NCBI GenBank assembly: GCA_009914755.4
Contig: CP086569.2
Span: forward strand, 5,280,001 to 5,344,000
Origin: the human T2T-CHM13v2.0 reference genome, Homo sapiens
Length of the DNA stretch: 64,000 bases
Direction: 5' to 3'
A model generated the notes under the pieces. It saw nothing but the letters and a program-made list of their open reading frames with translations. It did no database searches and was not told the origin of the DNA. The position numbers and the translations under genes are program-made. This document shows positions 1 to 15,195 of this stretch, piece by piece; the first letter of the stretch is position 1; each line of letters opens with the position of its first letter.

Positions 1-155
1 TCCAAGTGTCATATAATACTTTGTTAAATTTTAAATTGAAGTATTACATTGTGAAGCCACAGAACTCCATGATTATAGATAAAGTGCTTTTCTTAGCAAA
101 GCTTAACTGACATGACAAATATATAGTTTTTTATTATCTCTGAGAAATATGCTTT

Positions 156-377
156 TTTTTTTTTTTTTTTTTTTTTTTGAGACAGAGTTTCACTCTGTCG
201 TCCAGGCTACAATGCAATGGCATGATCTCGGCTCACTGCATCCTCCGCCTCCTGGATTCAAGCAATTCTCCTGCCTTGGCCTCCAGAGTAGATGGGATTA
301 CAGGCATGCACCACCACGCCTGGCTAATTTTTGTATTTTTAGTAGGATGGGGGTTTCACCATGTTGGCCAGGCTGAA
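156..377 (-). mobile_element. Alu SINE, minus orientation, 5'-truncated, with leading poly-T (A-tail); flanked by 18-bp TSD CTCTGAGAAATATGCTTT at 138-155 and 378-395
   Basis: Poly-T followed by GAGACAGAGTTTCACTCTGTCGTCCAGGCT...GGATTACAGGCATGCACCACCACGCCTGGCTAATTTTTGTATTTTTAGTAG, the reverse complement of the Alu right arm and part of the left arm; a perfect direct repeat flanks it. Confidence 0.9.
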
Positions 378-1077
378 CTCTGAGAAATATGCTTTCTACT
401 TTTTTGTTTAATTTGAACTTGAAAACAAAACACACACAACTTCCCAATTGGATTAGACTATTAACATTTCAGAAAGGATGTAAGAAAGGACTAGAGAGAT
501 ATACTTAATGTTTTTAGTTTTTTAAACTTTACAAACTTAATACTGTCATTCTGTTGTTCAGTTAACATCCCTGAATCCTAAATTTCTTCAGATTCTAAAA
601 CAAAAAGTTCCAGATGATTTTATATTACACTATTTACTTAATGGTACTTAAATCCTCATTAAAAAAAACAGTACGGTTGTTAAATAATTCTTCCATTAGA
701 AATTCTGAGCCTTTACTCTGTGTCAGGCCTTGTGGTAGGAGCTGGGCTTCAGAAATAAGTATACTGCAATCTGATTCCGGGAAATATTTAGGTTCATAAA
801 TAGATAATTTTAACATAATATAGTAAGGGAAGATGGAGGTATAGAAAGGGTTTTCACCTCTGGAGAAATAAGAGGGGTATTTAGAATAGGTCTCTTAACT
901 AAGAGGCCTAACATTTTTGTCTGTGAATCCATAATATTGGCAAACTAATAATGTGTACACACCACTGACAACAATACTTTATCCTTTGATGAATACCCTA
1001 CAATGGTGTGATTGAATTGGCTTCCAATTAATTTCAAATTCTATATATCACGAAAAGGTAGATATATACCAGAAGGC

Positions 1078-1212
1078 ATCTCACTCTGTTGCCCAGCAGT
1101 GCAGTGGCACAATCATGGCTCACTGTAGCCTAGAACTGCTGGGCTCAAGTGATCCTCCTGCCTCAGCCTTCCCAGTAGCTGTGACTATAGGCATATGCCA
1201 CCACTCCTGGAC
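1078..1212 (-). mobile_element. Alu fragment (right-arm portion only), old and diverged
   Basis: TCACTCTGTTGCCCAG..GCAGTGGCACAATCATGGCTCACTG...CTCAAGTGATCCTCCTGCCTCAGCCT matches reverse-complement Alu core motifs; no tail. Confidence 0.6.
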
Positions 1213-1389
1213 TTGGATAATGTTTTATTAGAATCATATAGCATAATGATATCTTTTGTTAACCTCTCAACATCAGTATCATCTTTGTGAAGTGAGAGCG
1301 CATCATCAGATTATAAGAAATGACAGGAGGACTGTATACTTGGGAAAGTTTTGTTCAGTGTCTTGAGAATTAACAAATATTTATTTTTC

Positions 1390-1550
1390 TAGAATAACTT
1401 GAATGTAAGCTCACTAGAATGTAAGCTCTATGATGGCAGCAGTCTTGTCTGAGTTGTTCACTTGTGTTTCTGTAGTTCCTTCAACAATATCTAGCACATA
1501 GAAGGTTTTTAATAAATATTCATTCAGTGAATTTCTACTTAATGTAGCAA
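1390..1550 (+). mobile_element. MIR-like SINE fragment
   Basis: AGAATGTAAGCTC..TGTCTG..GTTCACT..CAACAATATCTAGCACATAGAAGGTTTTTAATAAATATTCATTCAGTGAAT resembles the MIR core/3' region (…TAGAATGTAAGCTCCATGAGGGCAGGGA…CCTGGCACATAGTAGGTGCTCAATAAATA…); recalled from memory, diverged. Confidence 0.4.
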
Positions 1551-2862
1551 TCATTTGTCTATTCCCTTAGTAAAGTCTAATTGATCTAGGTATCTTACAA
1601 ATATATACAAGACCTGGACATGATAACTAAGGTAGAATTTTTTTAGCTAATTAGCTACTGGAAAACTCAAATTAGTAATTATATATATTTTTATTATATA
1701 CCTGTATGTGTTATTATATATTTATACCTCTATCTATTAGACTCAGGCAAGCTTGAGAAAGTTGTTGTTTGTATTCTAAATTCTGTATTCAAAATAGTTT
1801 CAATCTGGCCTGCAGAAAAAGTTGAATTAGTCTCAATATAAATACAACAAAACCCTTATTGCCAAGGAGAGGCATATACCATGCAAATTCTGATCTGAGG
1901 GAATTTCAATTGTTTCAAAAGCCATGATATTTGGGTTCCTCTGGATTCTAGCATTACATAAACAGGAAGAGAGGTGAAAATAAGCAGTAGTGATATAAAG
2001 AAGTTTCAGGATGGCAATTTGAAATCACGTATTCCAGCTCAACTTTCTAGAAAGTGACACCTGCAGCTTTGTGGGGGTGTCTTCATGCACAAGCTAAATT
2101 GTACCTGTTCCAAATGGCCAGATGCACCTATACTCTGAATGTGGGTATACACCCACATTTACCAAGCATTTTAAAATATGCTCTTTAAAGCATAGTTTTG
2201 TATCCATTCTGATGACTTCTAGCCTGTAAACACAGGACCCGTGTTAATTTAACTTTTAGTATCACAATAGAATGACATTTTTTAAAGTATAGTTATGATG
2301 GTATCATACAACCAGAAATCTAGATGTGAATGAGGTATTTCACTCACTTTTGACCTCTTCTGCTTTACTCCTATGTCCAAAAAAAGAAAACAAGGCATGG
2401 AGGTATATTTCTGGCATTATAGGTGGGTGAAAGGCACCCACTATGAGCTCTGAGCCGAAATGTTTGCCACAGGCTTAAATAACTAATTAGGCTTGGGGAA
2501 GAGAATGGCTACTTAGAGACATACACCTATAAACTCGGGCATATTTACGCTAGCATATTCATTTACCACAGAATTTATTTATCCCTTATCTCTTCTCTCA
2601 TGATATTTCTGTATTTTTCTTCTTGGGCAGAGCCAAGTTTTGTGAGTTTATTTGGTCATTTTCTGCATGTATCCCTACTCCTGCTTTTTTTTTCCCCTTC
2701 AGATCCACATGCAGCTCAACAGAGGACATAATAATATATCTCTTCTTTCTCACTCTCTTCTGTTCTTACCATCAAAAATATTCCTAAACCATCTACCTCT
2801 CCACCTTTTTAATCAGTTTTACCTATTTCATTTTTGAAAATAAGAGGAATTATGCCACACAA

Positions 2863-2938
2863 TTTGTATATATATATAAATTTTTATATATACACATATA
2901 TATAAAAATTTATACTTACACATATATATATATATATC
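2863..2938. repeat. (TA)n / TATATA-rich simple repeat
   Basis: Runs of tatatatata with short interruptions. Confidence 0.9.
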
Positions 2939-3828
2939 CATTAAATTGCTAATATTATCACATCAGCCACTTTACTAAACAACATGATCTTACTTGGACC
3001 CAACAAATAATTAATTCTGGTATGTTATTTTTAACATCTATAATTATATAATAATAATAACACTAAGAACAAAAACAACAATAACGACATAATAGTTTTT
3101 GCAAATAAAATTGATATTCAAGGCAGAAAGATATACAACTTTGTAAGCATAGTAAAGCAATATAACCCTTCTTCTTGTAAAAAAGCAGAAAAAAGTTTTC
3201 CTGATACATAAACATAATAGTTTATAACTGATGCTAGTAGATGAAAGAATAGTCAATACATTCTTAGTACTTCCAATGCTAAGAACTTGCCCAAAAGAGA
3301 TAGGAGAGATCCTTGTCCTGAAAGAGTAATGAGAACATCAGAGTCAAGTTAGTAGAGAGGTAAGGACATGAATTATTTTTGGAGTAGATCAACTAATTAT
3401 ATGATTTGTAACAATAAAACTTAAAATATAATTTGTATTTCCTAAATTTCTACAGGTTTTTCCCTCCACATATCTTTACGTCACATATTCTGCGCTATTT
3501 TTCTTCCTTGCATTTATTGTGATGAAGCTGTCAAGTTTATGTCAGAAATAGGCATTTACAATGAACAAAACCTACACTGTGAATCTGGATGCAGGATGAA
3601 GTTATGCGCATCTAGGAAATAACATGCTACATCCTGTATCGATGATCCTGAAAGATCTTCGCATTTACAATGAACCTGTCATCAGTAGAACTTAAGCCAG
3701 ATGTCAGAAAGAGAGTCCAGAGACCGTGGTTCTCTATGTAATACACAGAATGGAAATGGCATGAACAGTGACACTGAACTTTTGTGCCCTGTCTCACTAT
3801 CATGCGTGCCCAGGAGACCTTGTTCTAA

Positions 3829-3876
3829 GAGAAAAAGAAAGAAAGAAAGAAAGAGAGAAAGAGAGAAAGAAAGAAA

Positions 3877-3940
<64 letters not shown>

Positions 3941-4006
3941 AAAGAAAGAAAGAAAGAAAAGAAAGAGAAAGAAAGAGAGAGAGAGAAAGCAAGCAAGCAA
4001 GCAAGC
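3829..4006. repeat. Compound tetranucleotide microsatellite (GAAA)n, about 40 units, with (GAGA) and (CAAG)n flanks
   Basis: agaaagaaagaaagaaa... run of about 180 bp ending gagagagagaaagcaagcaagcaagcaagc; it generates the spurious KERKKERKKE and FLSFFLSFF ORFs in the track. Confidence 0.95.
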
Positions 4007-4394
4007 GGGCATTTGGTCCTTAGGACATTTAGTGAAATGACAAATGGAAGAACAATTAATGACAACTGTGAGTTTTGGTGCAGATCGTAGGGAATCCTAA
4101 GCTGAGAATTTGACAGCCAAATGACTATAATTAACTACGAAAAGGTCAACTAGAAAAAACAAGGCACATACTTAAGCAGACTCTTGTTAAGCTTGTCTTG
4201 TGGTCTGTTTTGTGATCTATTTTCATATGAACTGAAACAGGTCTAACTTTCAAAAGGAAGAAAGGTAAAATATGAGTGACCATATTTTGTCTATTCATAT
4301 TCATTTTAAAAATATGGCTTAACTGTTATTCCCAGAATCGTAGTTCAAATTTCATTAAAGTAGTTTAAAAGGGAAAGAGGAGGAGAAAGACAGC

Positions 4395-5110
4395 AAGGAG
4401 AAAGAGAATGCATACTACATATAAATCGCACTTTGAAAATTCCAAGGTCCCTCGTAAAATTATGAAGAAGTGAAATTGAGCAAGTATAGTGCATTCCTCC
4501 CGGTATTGCATTTCCAGAAGTATGTTGTATAGTCCTAACAGCTTTATACAAGAGATTTGGCTTGTTGATATCTTGTATTCAGTCTCTATTTTTAGTTGTG
4601 TATTTATGTATTTATTTTTATTGTCTATATTTAAGGTGTTCAACGTGATGTTTTTGTACACCTCTGCGTAGTAAAAAGATCACTACAGTCAGACAAAAAC
4701 ATTAACCTACCCATCACATACCATAGCTACCATTTTTTAAATAGTAAGAGCGCTTAAAATCTACTCTCTTAGTAAACTTTTTGTATACTATACAATAATA
4801 TTAACTATAGACCTCATGCTGTACATCATTATAACTCTAGACCTATTCATCCTACATAGCTGCAACTTTTTACTCTGTGACCAATTTCTCCCCATTTTTT
4901 TCCTCTCCTTACGCCTGATAACCACTGTTCTACTGTTTATTTCTATGTATTTAACTAAGTTTTAGATATTAAATATCATTGAGATCATGCAGTATTTTTC
5001 TTTCTATGTTTGGCTTATTTCACTTAGGATAATGTCCTCTAGACTCATCTCTGTTATTACAAATGGTAGTTTATCCTTTTTTAAAGCTGAATAATATTAT
5101 GGGATATCAA
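4395..5110 (-). mobile_element. Old LINE-1 3' end (L1PB/L1MA-like 3'UTR and ORF2 C-terminal region), minus orientation
   Basis: The reverse complement reads the typical old-L1 3' terminus motifs (…CTAAGTGAAATAAGCCAAACATAGAAAGAAAAATACTGCATGATCTCA…, …ATCACGTTGAACACCTTAAATATAGACAAT…); right boundary approximate. Confidence 0.6.
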
Positions 5111-6402
5111 GAAGTCCCAAATTATTTATAGCACAAAAATATGGTTTATGTTGGCAATAGCTGGCAGGAAGCTCCCTGGTTTTGAATTTAATATAGGCAA
5201 ATATGCACTAATCGGAAAACTGTAGTCTTTAATGGTGACAAGTCATACTCTTTCAAAGTTTACATTTTATCATCAAACTTACATTATTTTAGCTGCTTAT
5301 AAGAACTACTGTGAGCTATGATTAATTTGCTTTCAATTTTTACATTTTCTGTATTTATTATTTTTTGTGCTAATTGGCTCTGAGCCTCTGGGTACAATTT
5401 GAAGAATTAGAAACTACATTTCTACAATAAAGTAATGAGCCACTTAAACTTTGATGTAACCCACATTATATTAGGAGACAATATTTTTATATCAGTGGCT
5501 GTGACAAACAAGTGGCTGTAATTCAATTAGTTTGAATTTGCATTTTCCAGCATAACAACCTTTATTATGATATTATCTTCACATCTGAGTAGCTAGATAT
5601 GAAGTATTCAAATAAATTTCTATGCACATTTTTATGTCACATAATCATTTTATTTTGTTCTCTCTCACAATTTTTCATAGTAAAACATGTTTGCTTTGGA
5701 GAAAGCTGTATTTTTTGTGCATTACTGAGCTGAAGTAAAACTATCATTATGTCATTGATTAGAAATTGAGGTAGCAAAATTCTCCCCCAGCTGGGTGCAC
5801 AATTGTGGGAAAGTGTGTTTCAGATCCATCTCTGTGTACAAAAAGGAATGGAATGTACTTTGTCGAGATCATTAGTGCTGACTACACATATGTGAAAATT
5901 CAGAAGAGATAGGTGCTTGATGACAAATAGAACTTATGAAACAAGCATTAGTGGGACTAATTTTTATAGATAATTGGAACAAAATTTCCTAAACTTTTTC
6001 TTTCTGTTCCTTATGATAATCTCTTCTTTCATTTTCCAACAAGCCTGCTGTGCATTTCTTAAATTTATCTACCACATAACTGAGTGACAGTTTAAAACTG
6101 AGATAAAGCTTGAGAATATGCAAACATCTTTATAAAACATACTTGAGAGCCCGTTATTATTTTTTTATTTTTTATTTTTTATTTTTTATTTTTTTTTATT
6201 ATACTCTAAGTTTTAGGGTACATGTGCACATTGTGCAGGTTAGTTACATATGTATACATGTGCCATGCTGGTGCGCTGCACCCACTAATGTGTCATCTAG
6301 CATTAGGTATATCTCCCAATGCTATCCCTCCCCACTCCCCCGACCCCACCACAGTCCCCAGAGTGTGATATTCCCCTTCCTGTGTCCATGTGATCTCATT
6401 GT

Positions 6403-10254
<3,852 letters not shown>

Positions 10255-10293
10255 TCATTAGTTGATGCAGTTTCTTCCTATTCTCGATGGTCT

Positions 10294-11310
10294 TTACATT
10301 TTGGCATGATTTTGCAGCGGCTGGTACCGGTTGTTCCTTTCCATGTTTAGCGCTTCCTTCAGGAGCTCTTTTAGGGCAGGCCTGGTGGTGACAAAATCTC
10401 TCAGCATTTGCTTGTCTATAAAGTATTTTATTTCTCCTTCACTTATGAAGCTTAGTTTGGCTGGATATGAAATTCTGGGTTGAAAATTCTTTTCTTTAAG
10501 AATGTTGAATATTGGCCCCCACTCTCTTCTGGCTTGTAGGGTTTCTGCCGAGAGATCCGCTGTTAGTCTGATGGGCTTTCCTTTGAGGGTAACCCGACCT
10601 TTCTCTCTGGCTGCCCTTAACATTTTTTCCTTCATTTCAACTTTGGTGAATCTGACAATTATGTGTCTTGGAGTTGCTCTTCTCGAGGAGTATCTTTGTG
10701 GCGTTCTCTGTATTTCCTGAATCTGAACGTTGGCCTGCCTTGCTAGATTGGGGAAGTTCTCCTGGATAATATCCTGCAGAGTGTTTTCCAACTTGGTTCC
10801 ATTCTCCACATCACTTTCAGGTACACCAATCAGACGTAGATTTGGTCTTTTCACATAGTCCCATATTTCTTGGAGGCTTTGCTCATTTCTTTTTATTCTT
10901 TTTTCTCTAAACTTCCCTTCTCGCTTCATTTCATTCATTTCATCTTCCATTGCTGATACCCTTTCTTCCAGTTGATCGCATCGGCTCCTGAGGCTTCTGC
11001 ATTCTTCACGTAGTTCTCGAACCTTGGTTTTCAGCTCCATCAGCTCCTTTAAGCACTTCTCTGTATTGGTTATTCTAGTTATACATTCTTCTAAATTTTT
11101 TTCAAAGTTTTCAACTTCTTTGCCTTTGGTTTGAATGTCCTCCCGTAGCTCAGAGTAATTTGATCGTCTGAAGCCTTCTTCTCTCAGCTCGTCAAAATCA
11201 TTCTCCATCCAGATTTGTTCTGTTGCTGGTGAGGAACTGCGTTCCTTTGGAGGAGGAGAGGTGCTCTGCGTTTTAGAGTTTCCAGTTTTTCTGTTCTGTT
11301 TTTTCCCCAT
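10294..11310 (-). CDS. LINE-1 ORF1p, uninterrupted 338 aa, the canonical L1HS length
   Basis: Track ORF MGKKQNRKTGNSKTQSTSPPPKERSSSPATEQIWMENDFDELREEGFRRSNYSELREDIQTKGKEVENFEKNLEECITRITNTEKCLKELMELKTKVRELREEC...; a 63-bp inter-ORF spacer separates it from the ORF2 start at 10230, as in active L1HS. Confidence 0.95.
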   Translation of the reverse strand: MGKKQNRKTGNSKTQSTSPPPKERSSSPATEQIWMENDFDELREEGFRRSNYSELREDIQTKGKEVENFEKNLEECITRITNTEKCLKELMELKTKVRELREECRSLRSRCDQLEERVSAMEDEMNEMKREGKFREKRIKRNEQSLQEIWDYVKRPNLRLIGVPESDVENGTKLENTLQDIIQENFPNLARQANVQIQEIQRTPQRYSSRRATPRHIIVRFTKVEMKEKMLRAAREKGRVTLKGKPIRLTADLSAETLQARREWGPIFNILKEKNFQPRISYPAKLSFISEGEIKYFIDKQMLRDFVTTRPALKELLKEALNMERNNRYQPLQNHAKM

Positions 11311-12216
11311 CTTTGTGGTTTTATCTACTTTTGGTCTTTGATGATGGTGATGTACAGATGGGTTTTCGGTGTAGATGTCCTTTCTGGTTGTTAGTTTTCC
11401 TTCTAACAGACAGGACCCTCAGCTGCAGGTCTGTTGGAATACCCTGCCGTGTGAGGTGTCAGTGTGCCCCTGCTGGGGGGTGCCTCCCAGTTAGGCTGCT
11501 CGGGGGTCAGGGGTCAGGGACCCACTTGAGGAGGCAGTCTGCCCGTTCTCAGATCTCCAGCTGCGTGCTGGGAGAACCACTGCTCTCTTCAAAGCTGTCA
11601 GACAGGGACACTTAAGTCTGCAGAGGTTACTGCTGTCTTTTTGTTTGTCTGTGCCCTGCCCCCAGAGGTGGAGCCTACAGAGGCAGGCAGCCTCCTTGAG
11701 CTGTGGTGGGCTCCACCCAGTTCGAGCTTCCCGGCTGCTTTGTTTACCTAAGCAAGCCTGGGCAATGGCGGGCGCCCCTCCCCCAGCCTCATTGCCGCCT
11801 TGCAGTTTGATCTCAGACTGCTGTGCTAGCAATCAGCGAGATTCCGTGGGCGTAGGACCCTCTGAGCCAGGTGTGGGATATAGTCTCGTGGTGCGCCGTT
11901 TCTTAAGCCGGTCTGAAAAGCGCAATATTCGGGTGGGAGTGACCCGATTTTCCAGGTGCGTCCGTCACCCCTTTCTTTGACTCGGAAAGGGAACTCCCTG
12001 ACCCCTTGCGCTTCCCAGGTGAGGCAATGCCTCGCCCTGCTTCGGCTCGCGCACGGTGCGCACACACACTGGCCTGCGCCCACTGTCTGGCACTCCCTAG
12101 TGAGATGAACCCGGTACCTCAGATGGAAATGCAGAAATCACCCGTCTTCTGCGTCGCTCACGCTGGGAGCTGTAGACCGGAGCTGTTCCTATTCGGCCAT
12201 CTTGGCTCCTCCTCCT
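11311..12216 (-). promoter_or_regulatory. L1HS 5'UTR (about 906 bp): internal sense RNA pol II promoter with YY1 site at its 5' end, and the antisense promoter (ASP) region
   Basis: CCAAGATGGCCGAATAGG YY1 box at the element 5' end (minus strand, near 12197-12214); full-length UTR colinear with the L1HS consensus as recalled. Confidence 0.85.
11765..11980 (+). CDS. L1 ORF0 (primate-specific antisense ORF in the L1 5'UTR), 71 codons, intact; an in-frame upstream ATG at 11645 extends it to 111 codons
   Basis: Antisense to L1 at element positions about 236-452, which is where ORF0 is described; reads MAGAPPPASLPPCSLISDCCASNQRDSVGVGPSEPGVGYSLVVRRFLSRSEKRNIRVGVTRFSRCVRHPFL, exactly 71 aa, within track ORF 11645..11980. 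Confidence 0.6.
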   Translation: MAGAPPPASLPPCSLISDCCASNQRDSVGVGPSEPGVGYSLVVRRFLSRSEKRNIRVGVTRFSRCVRHPFL

Positions 12217-12824
12217 AGCGAGAGCCCGTTATTTAATGTTGAATATTGTATGATTTTTCTAAATGTGAGCAAATAATATAATTATAATGTTTTCTTTTTT
12301 CAAACTCTGAATTATGTAAAACAAACATATATTTTGTAAGTATCTATTTAAAACACAGCTATATGGATGCACATTGCATATACTAAAAGGTCATAAATAC
12401 AGATCACACTGTATGAGACTACAGTAAAGTTCAGTGAGATAATTTACTTTTACTGCAATGGTAATTTTTTTTTTTAAATTGTAAAGTTTCATTTTAGTAA
12501 GAACTTCAAAGCAAGATGAATAAGCCCTAGAGATCTGCTGTACATTGTGTCTATAGTCAACAATACCATATTGGACACATAAAATTTAAGAAGGTAGATC
12601 TCATGTTGAGTTCTCTGACTACAATAAAGTACAATTTTCTTAAAAGTTGTTATCAGTAAGTTATAGCATTGGAATTCTAATGTAATGAACAGGGCAGTTC
12701 ATACATCTTTTTTTTTTTTGGTCTCCTTAGAAGTCAATAAGGTAGTAATGTGTTCATTTCTAGGTCAAAACCCATTTTTAGGAATAAAGTTATGAGAAGC
12801 TTTCATTCAAGACTTAGACTCTGA

Positions 12825-13182
<358 letters not shown>

Positions 13183-14832
13183 CTCCCTTAATTTTTATAT
13201 CCCTCTCTTGCCAACAGGTTTTTTTTTTAAGGTTATTTTCTTTCCCTTCACAAGGCTATGTGATGTAATGCAAAGGAAAATGAGAAGCATCTGCTGAAGA
13301 GTTAAACACCCATACCAAAAGAACCATTTCGCTATTTTGCATATTATCTATTCTAAAGGTAGTTAAGAGATCCTCACCCTGAACTCAAAGGCAATTCAAA
13401 AATTTCCTTAAACAAAATCAGAGTGCAATTATTGGACATGAAATAGTAAAGAGGTATAAGTTGTTTAGAACATTTTATTTTAAAATAACATGAAAGTCAT
13501 GCATATATGGTCAGTCCTAAGTCCTTTTCATGTTATTTGTGATTCAAGAGATATATTTTGTCCTGGCCTCTCAATAGGATGTCAGTGCACTTTTGTCTTC
13601 TCTGCATGAACTGCCAAGCAGTTTAACAGATCAGAACATCTAGCCCCTGTTAGGAGTATTAAATATCACTGTCAGTTTATTCTATGAAAAATGAAGTGTA
13701 TGTCAGCGGGGCTGTCATGCTATATGTACAAACAGTTGACCTTCCACTTTGTTTCAGGAATGAGGCTGATATTTGATTTTCTTTTTTTTTAATCAGCCTT
13801 GTTTTTGCCAGTGGATTTTTTAGGCCGGCACCACTGTAATCCATTATTTCTCACTAACAATACTGAATTTACATAAAACATTCAAGAAAATGCATTGATC
13901 TACAGCTATGTCCTCTTTTTGAAATAAGGCAATAAGGCATCAGGGGCTGAATAGTTGTGAAAGCTCTTTGACCTGAAGTATCAGTAAATGCATAAGATTT
14001 ATGAATAGTTCACCAGTATTTGTCAGCACAACAGAACATAAACATTTGTATTGCTGGGTGCTCATTTTACAGTTGTTTATAGAGACTACAGGGTGCCATT
14101 CTACTGTCGACGACTCTGCGCTAGATACAAAAGTATCACTACATTGGGATTGTATTTTCCTATAGCCAAGTAAATTCATGTGATAAGATGTAAACTGAGG
14201 CTCAAAGATATTAGGAAACTTGGTTGTAGTCATACAGTTTTACATGGAAGAATTGATATTTAAACCCTGATTTGCCATACCCAAGAGTTCTTTCCTCTGT
14301 ATGGCATACCAGATTTTTAATAGTGAGGTTCCTTGAATATTTACATAAAATATTTATATACTGATACAATCCTTTATTTACTATTCTCTTTCATCAACTC
14401 AAGCGAATTGCTTAGCATAATAAAACCTCCATAAATCTGCATACCATCTCTTTCCATACTGATTTCTCCAGTTGCCCCTCAATCCCAATGCTTTAAACAA
14501 TCCAGATAATCTTAGGTTCACTTAATGATTCATGCGGCTTCATGTGCCTGCTTATATGCTATTCTGTTTGAATGTCCACTTTGAAAACACTTCTCATCTT
14601 TCAACACACAGTCGCAGTCAATTTTTTTTTGTAATGCTTTCCATTTCTCCTCCTTGAGGTAGAATTGAGCACTCTCTCCTCTGTGACATCACTATACCCT
14701 ATATGGACTGCTGTCATACCAGCTAAGATAAATTTATTATGTATTTTAACGAGTTTATTGAGAAATAACTGACAAATTACAAATTGTCCATATGTAAAGT
14801 ATGCAATTCGGCATATCAGTAAACATTCGAAA

Positions 14833-15195
14833 TTATCACCACTGTATTATTCCATTTTCATGCTGCTGATAAAGATATACCCGAGACTGGGAATAAAAAG
14901 AGGTTTAATTAGACTTTCAGTTTCACATGGCTGAGGAGGCCTCAGAATCATGGTGGAAGGCAAAAGGCACTTCTTACATGGCAGCAGCAAGAAAAAATGA
15001 GGAAGATGCAAACGCGGAAACCCTTGATAAAGCCATCAGATCTCGTGAGACTTACTCACTACCACAAGAGCGGCATGGGGGAAACTGCCCACATGATTCA
15101 AATTATCTTCCACCGAGTCCCTCCCACAACACATGGAAATTATGGGAATACAATTCAAAATGAGATTTGTGTGGGGAGACAGAACCAAATCATAT
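14833..15195 (-). mobile_element. Solo LTR of the MaLR family (THE1/MST-like), minus orientation
   Basis: The plus strand reads TTCACATGGCTGAGGAGGCCTCAGAATCATGGTGGAAGGCAAAAGGCACTTCTTACATGGCAGCAGCAAGA...CATCAGATCTCGTGAGACTTACTCACTACCACAAGAGCGGCATGGGGGAAACTGCCCACATGATTCAA..CCTCCCACAACACATGGAAATTATGGGAATACAATTCAAAATGAGATTTGTGTGGGGAGACAGAACCAAATCATATCA, the reverse complement of the THE1 LTR consensus (TGATATGGTTTGGCTGTGTCCCCACCCAAATCTCATCTTGAATTGTAGCTCCCATAATTCCCACGTGTTGTGGGAGGGACC...). Confidence 0.85.

Noticed and set aside
149-383. Track ORFs (75 and 68 aa) such as [26 protein letters not shown]… recurring at many places (12867, 27061, 33692, 34041, 39659, 44402, 47554, 55912, 60949, 62811)
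   Set aside because: All are read-throughs of Alu elements (the characteristic [16 protein letters not shown] / [16 protein letters not shown] peptides); not genes.
3682-4090. Track ORFs of 127-129 aa with KERKKERKKE / FLSFFLSFF repeats
   Set aside because: Pure translation of the (GAAA)n/(TTTC)n microsatellite in different frames; no coding signal.
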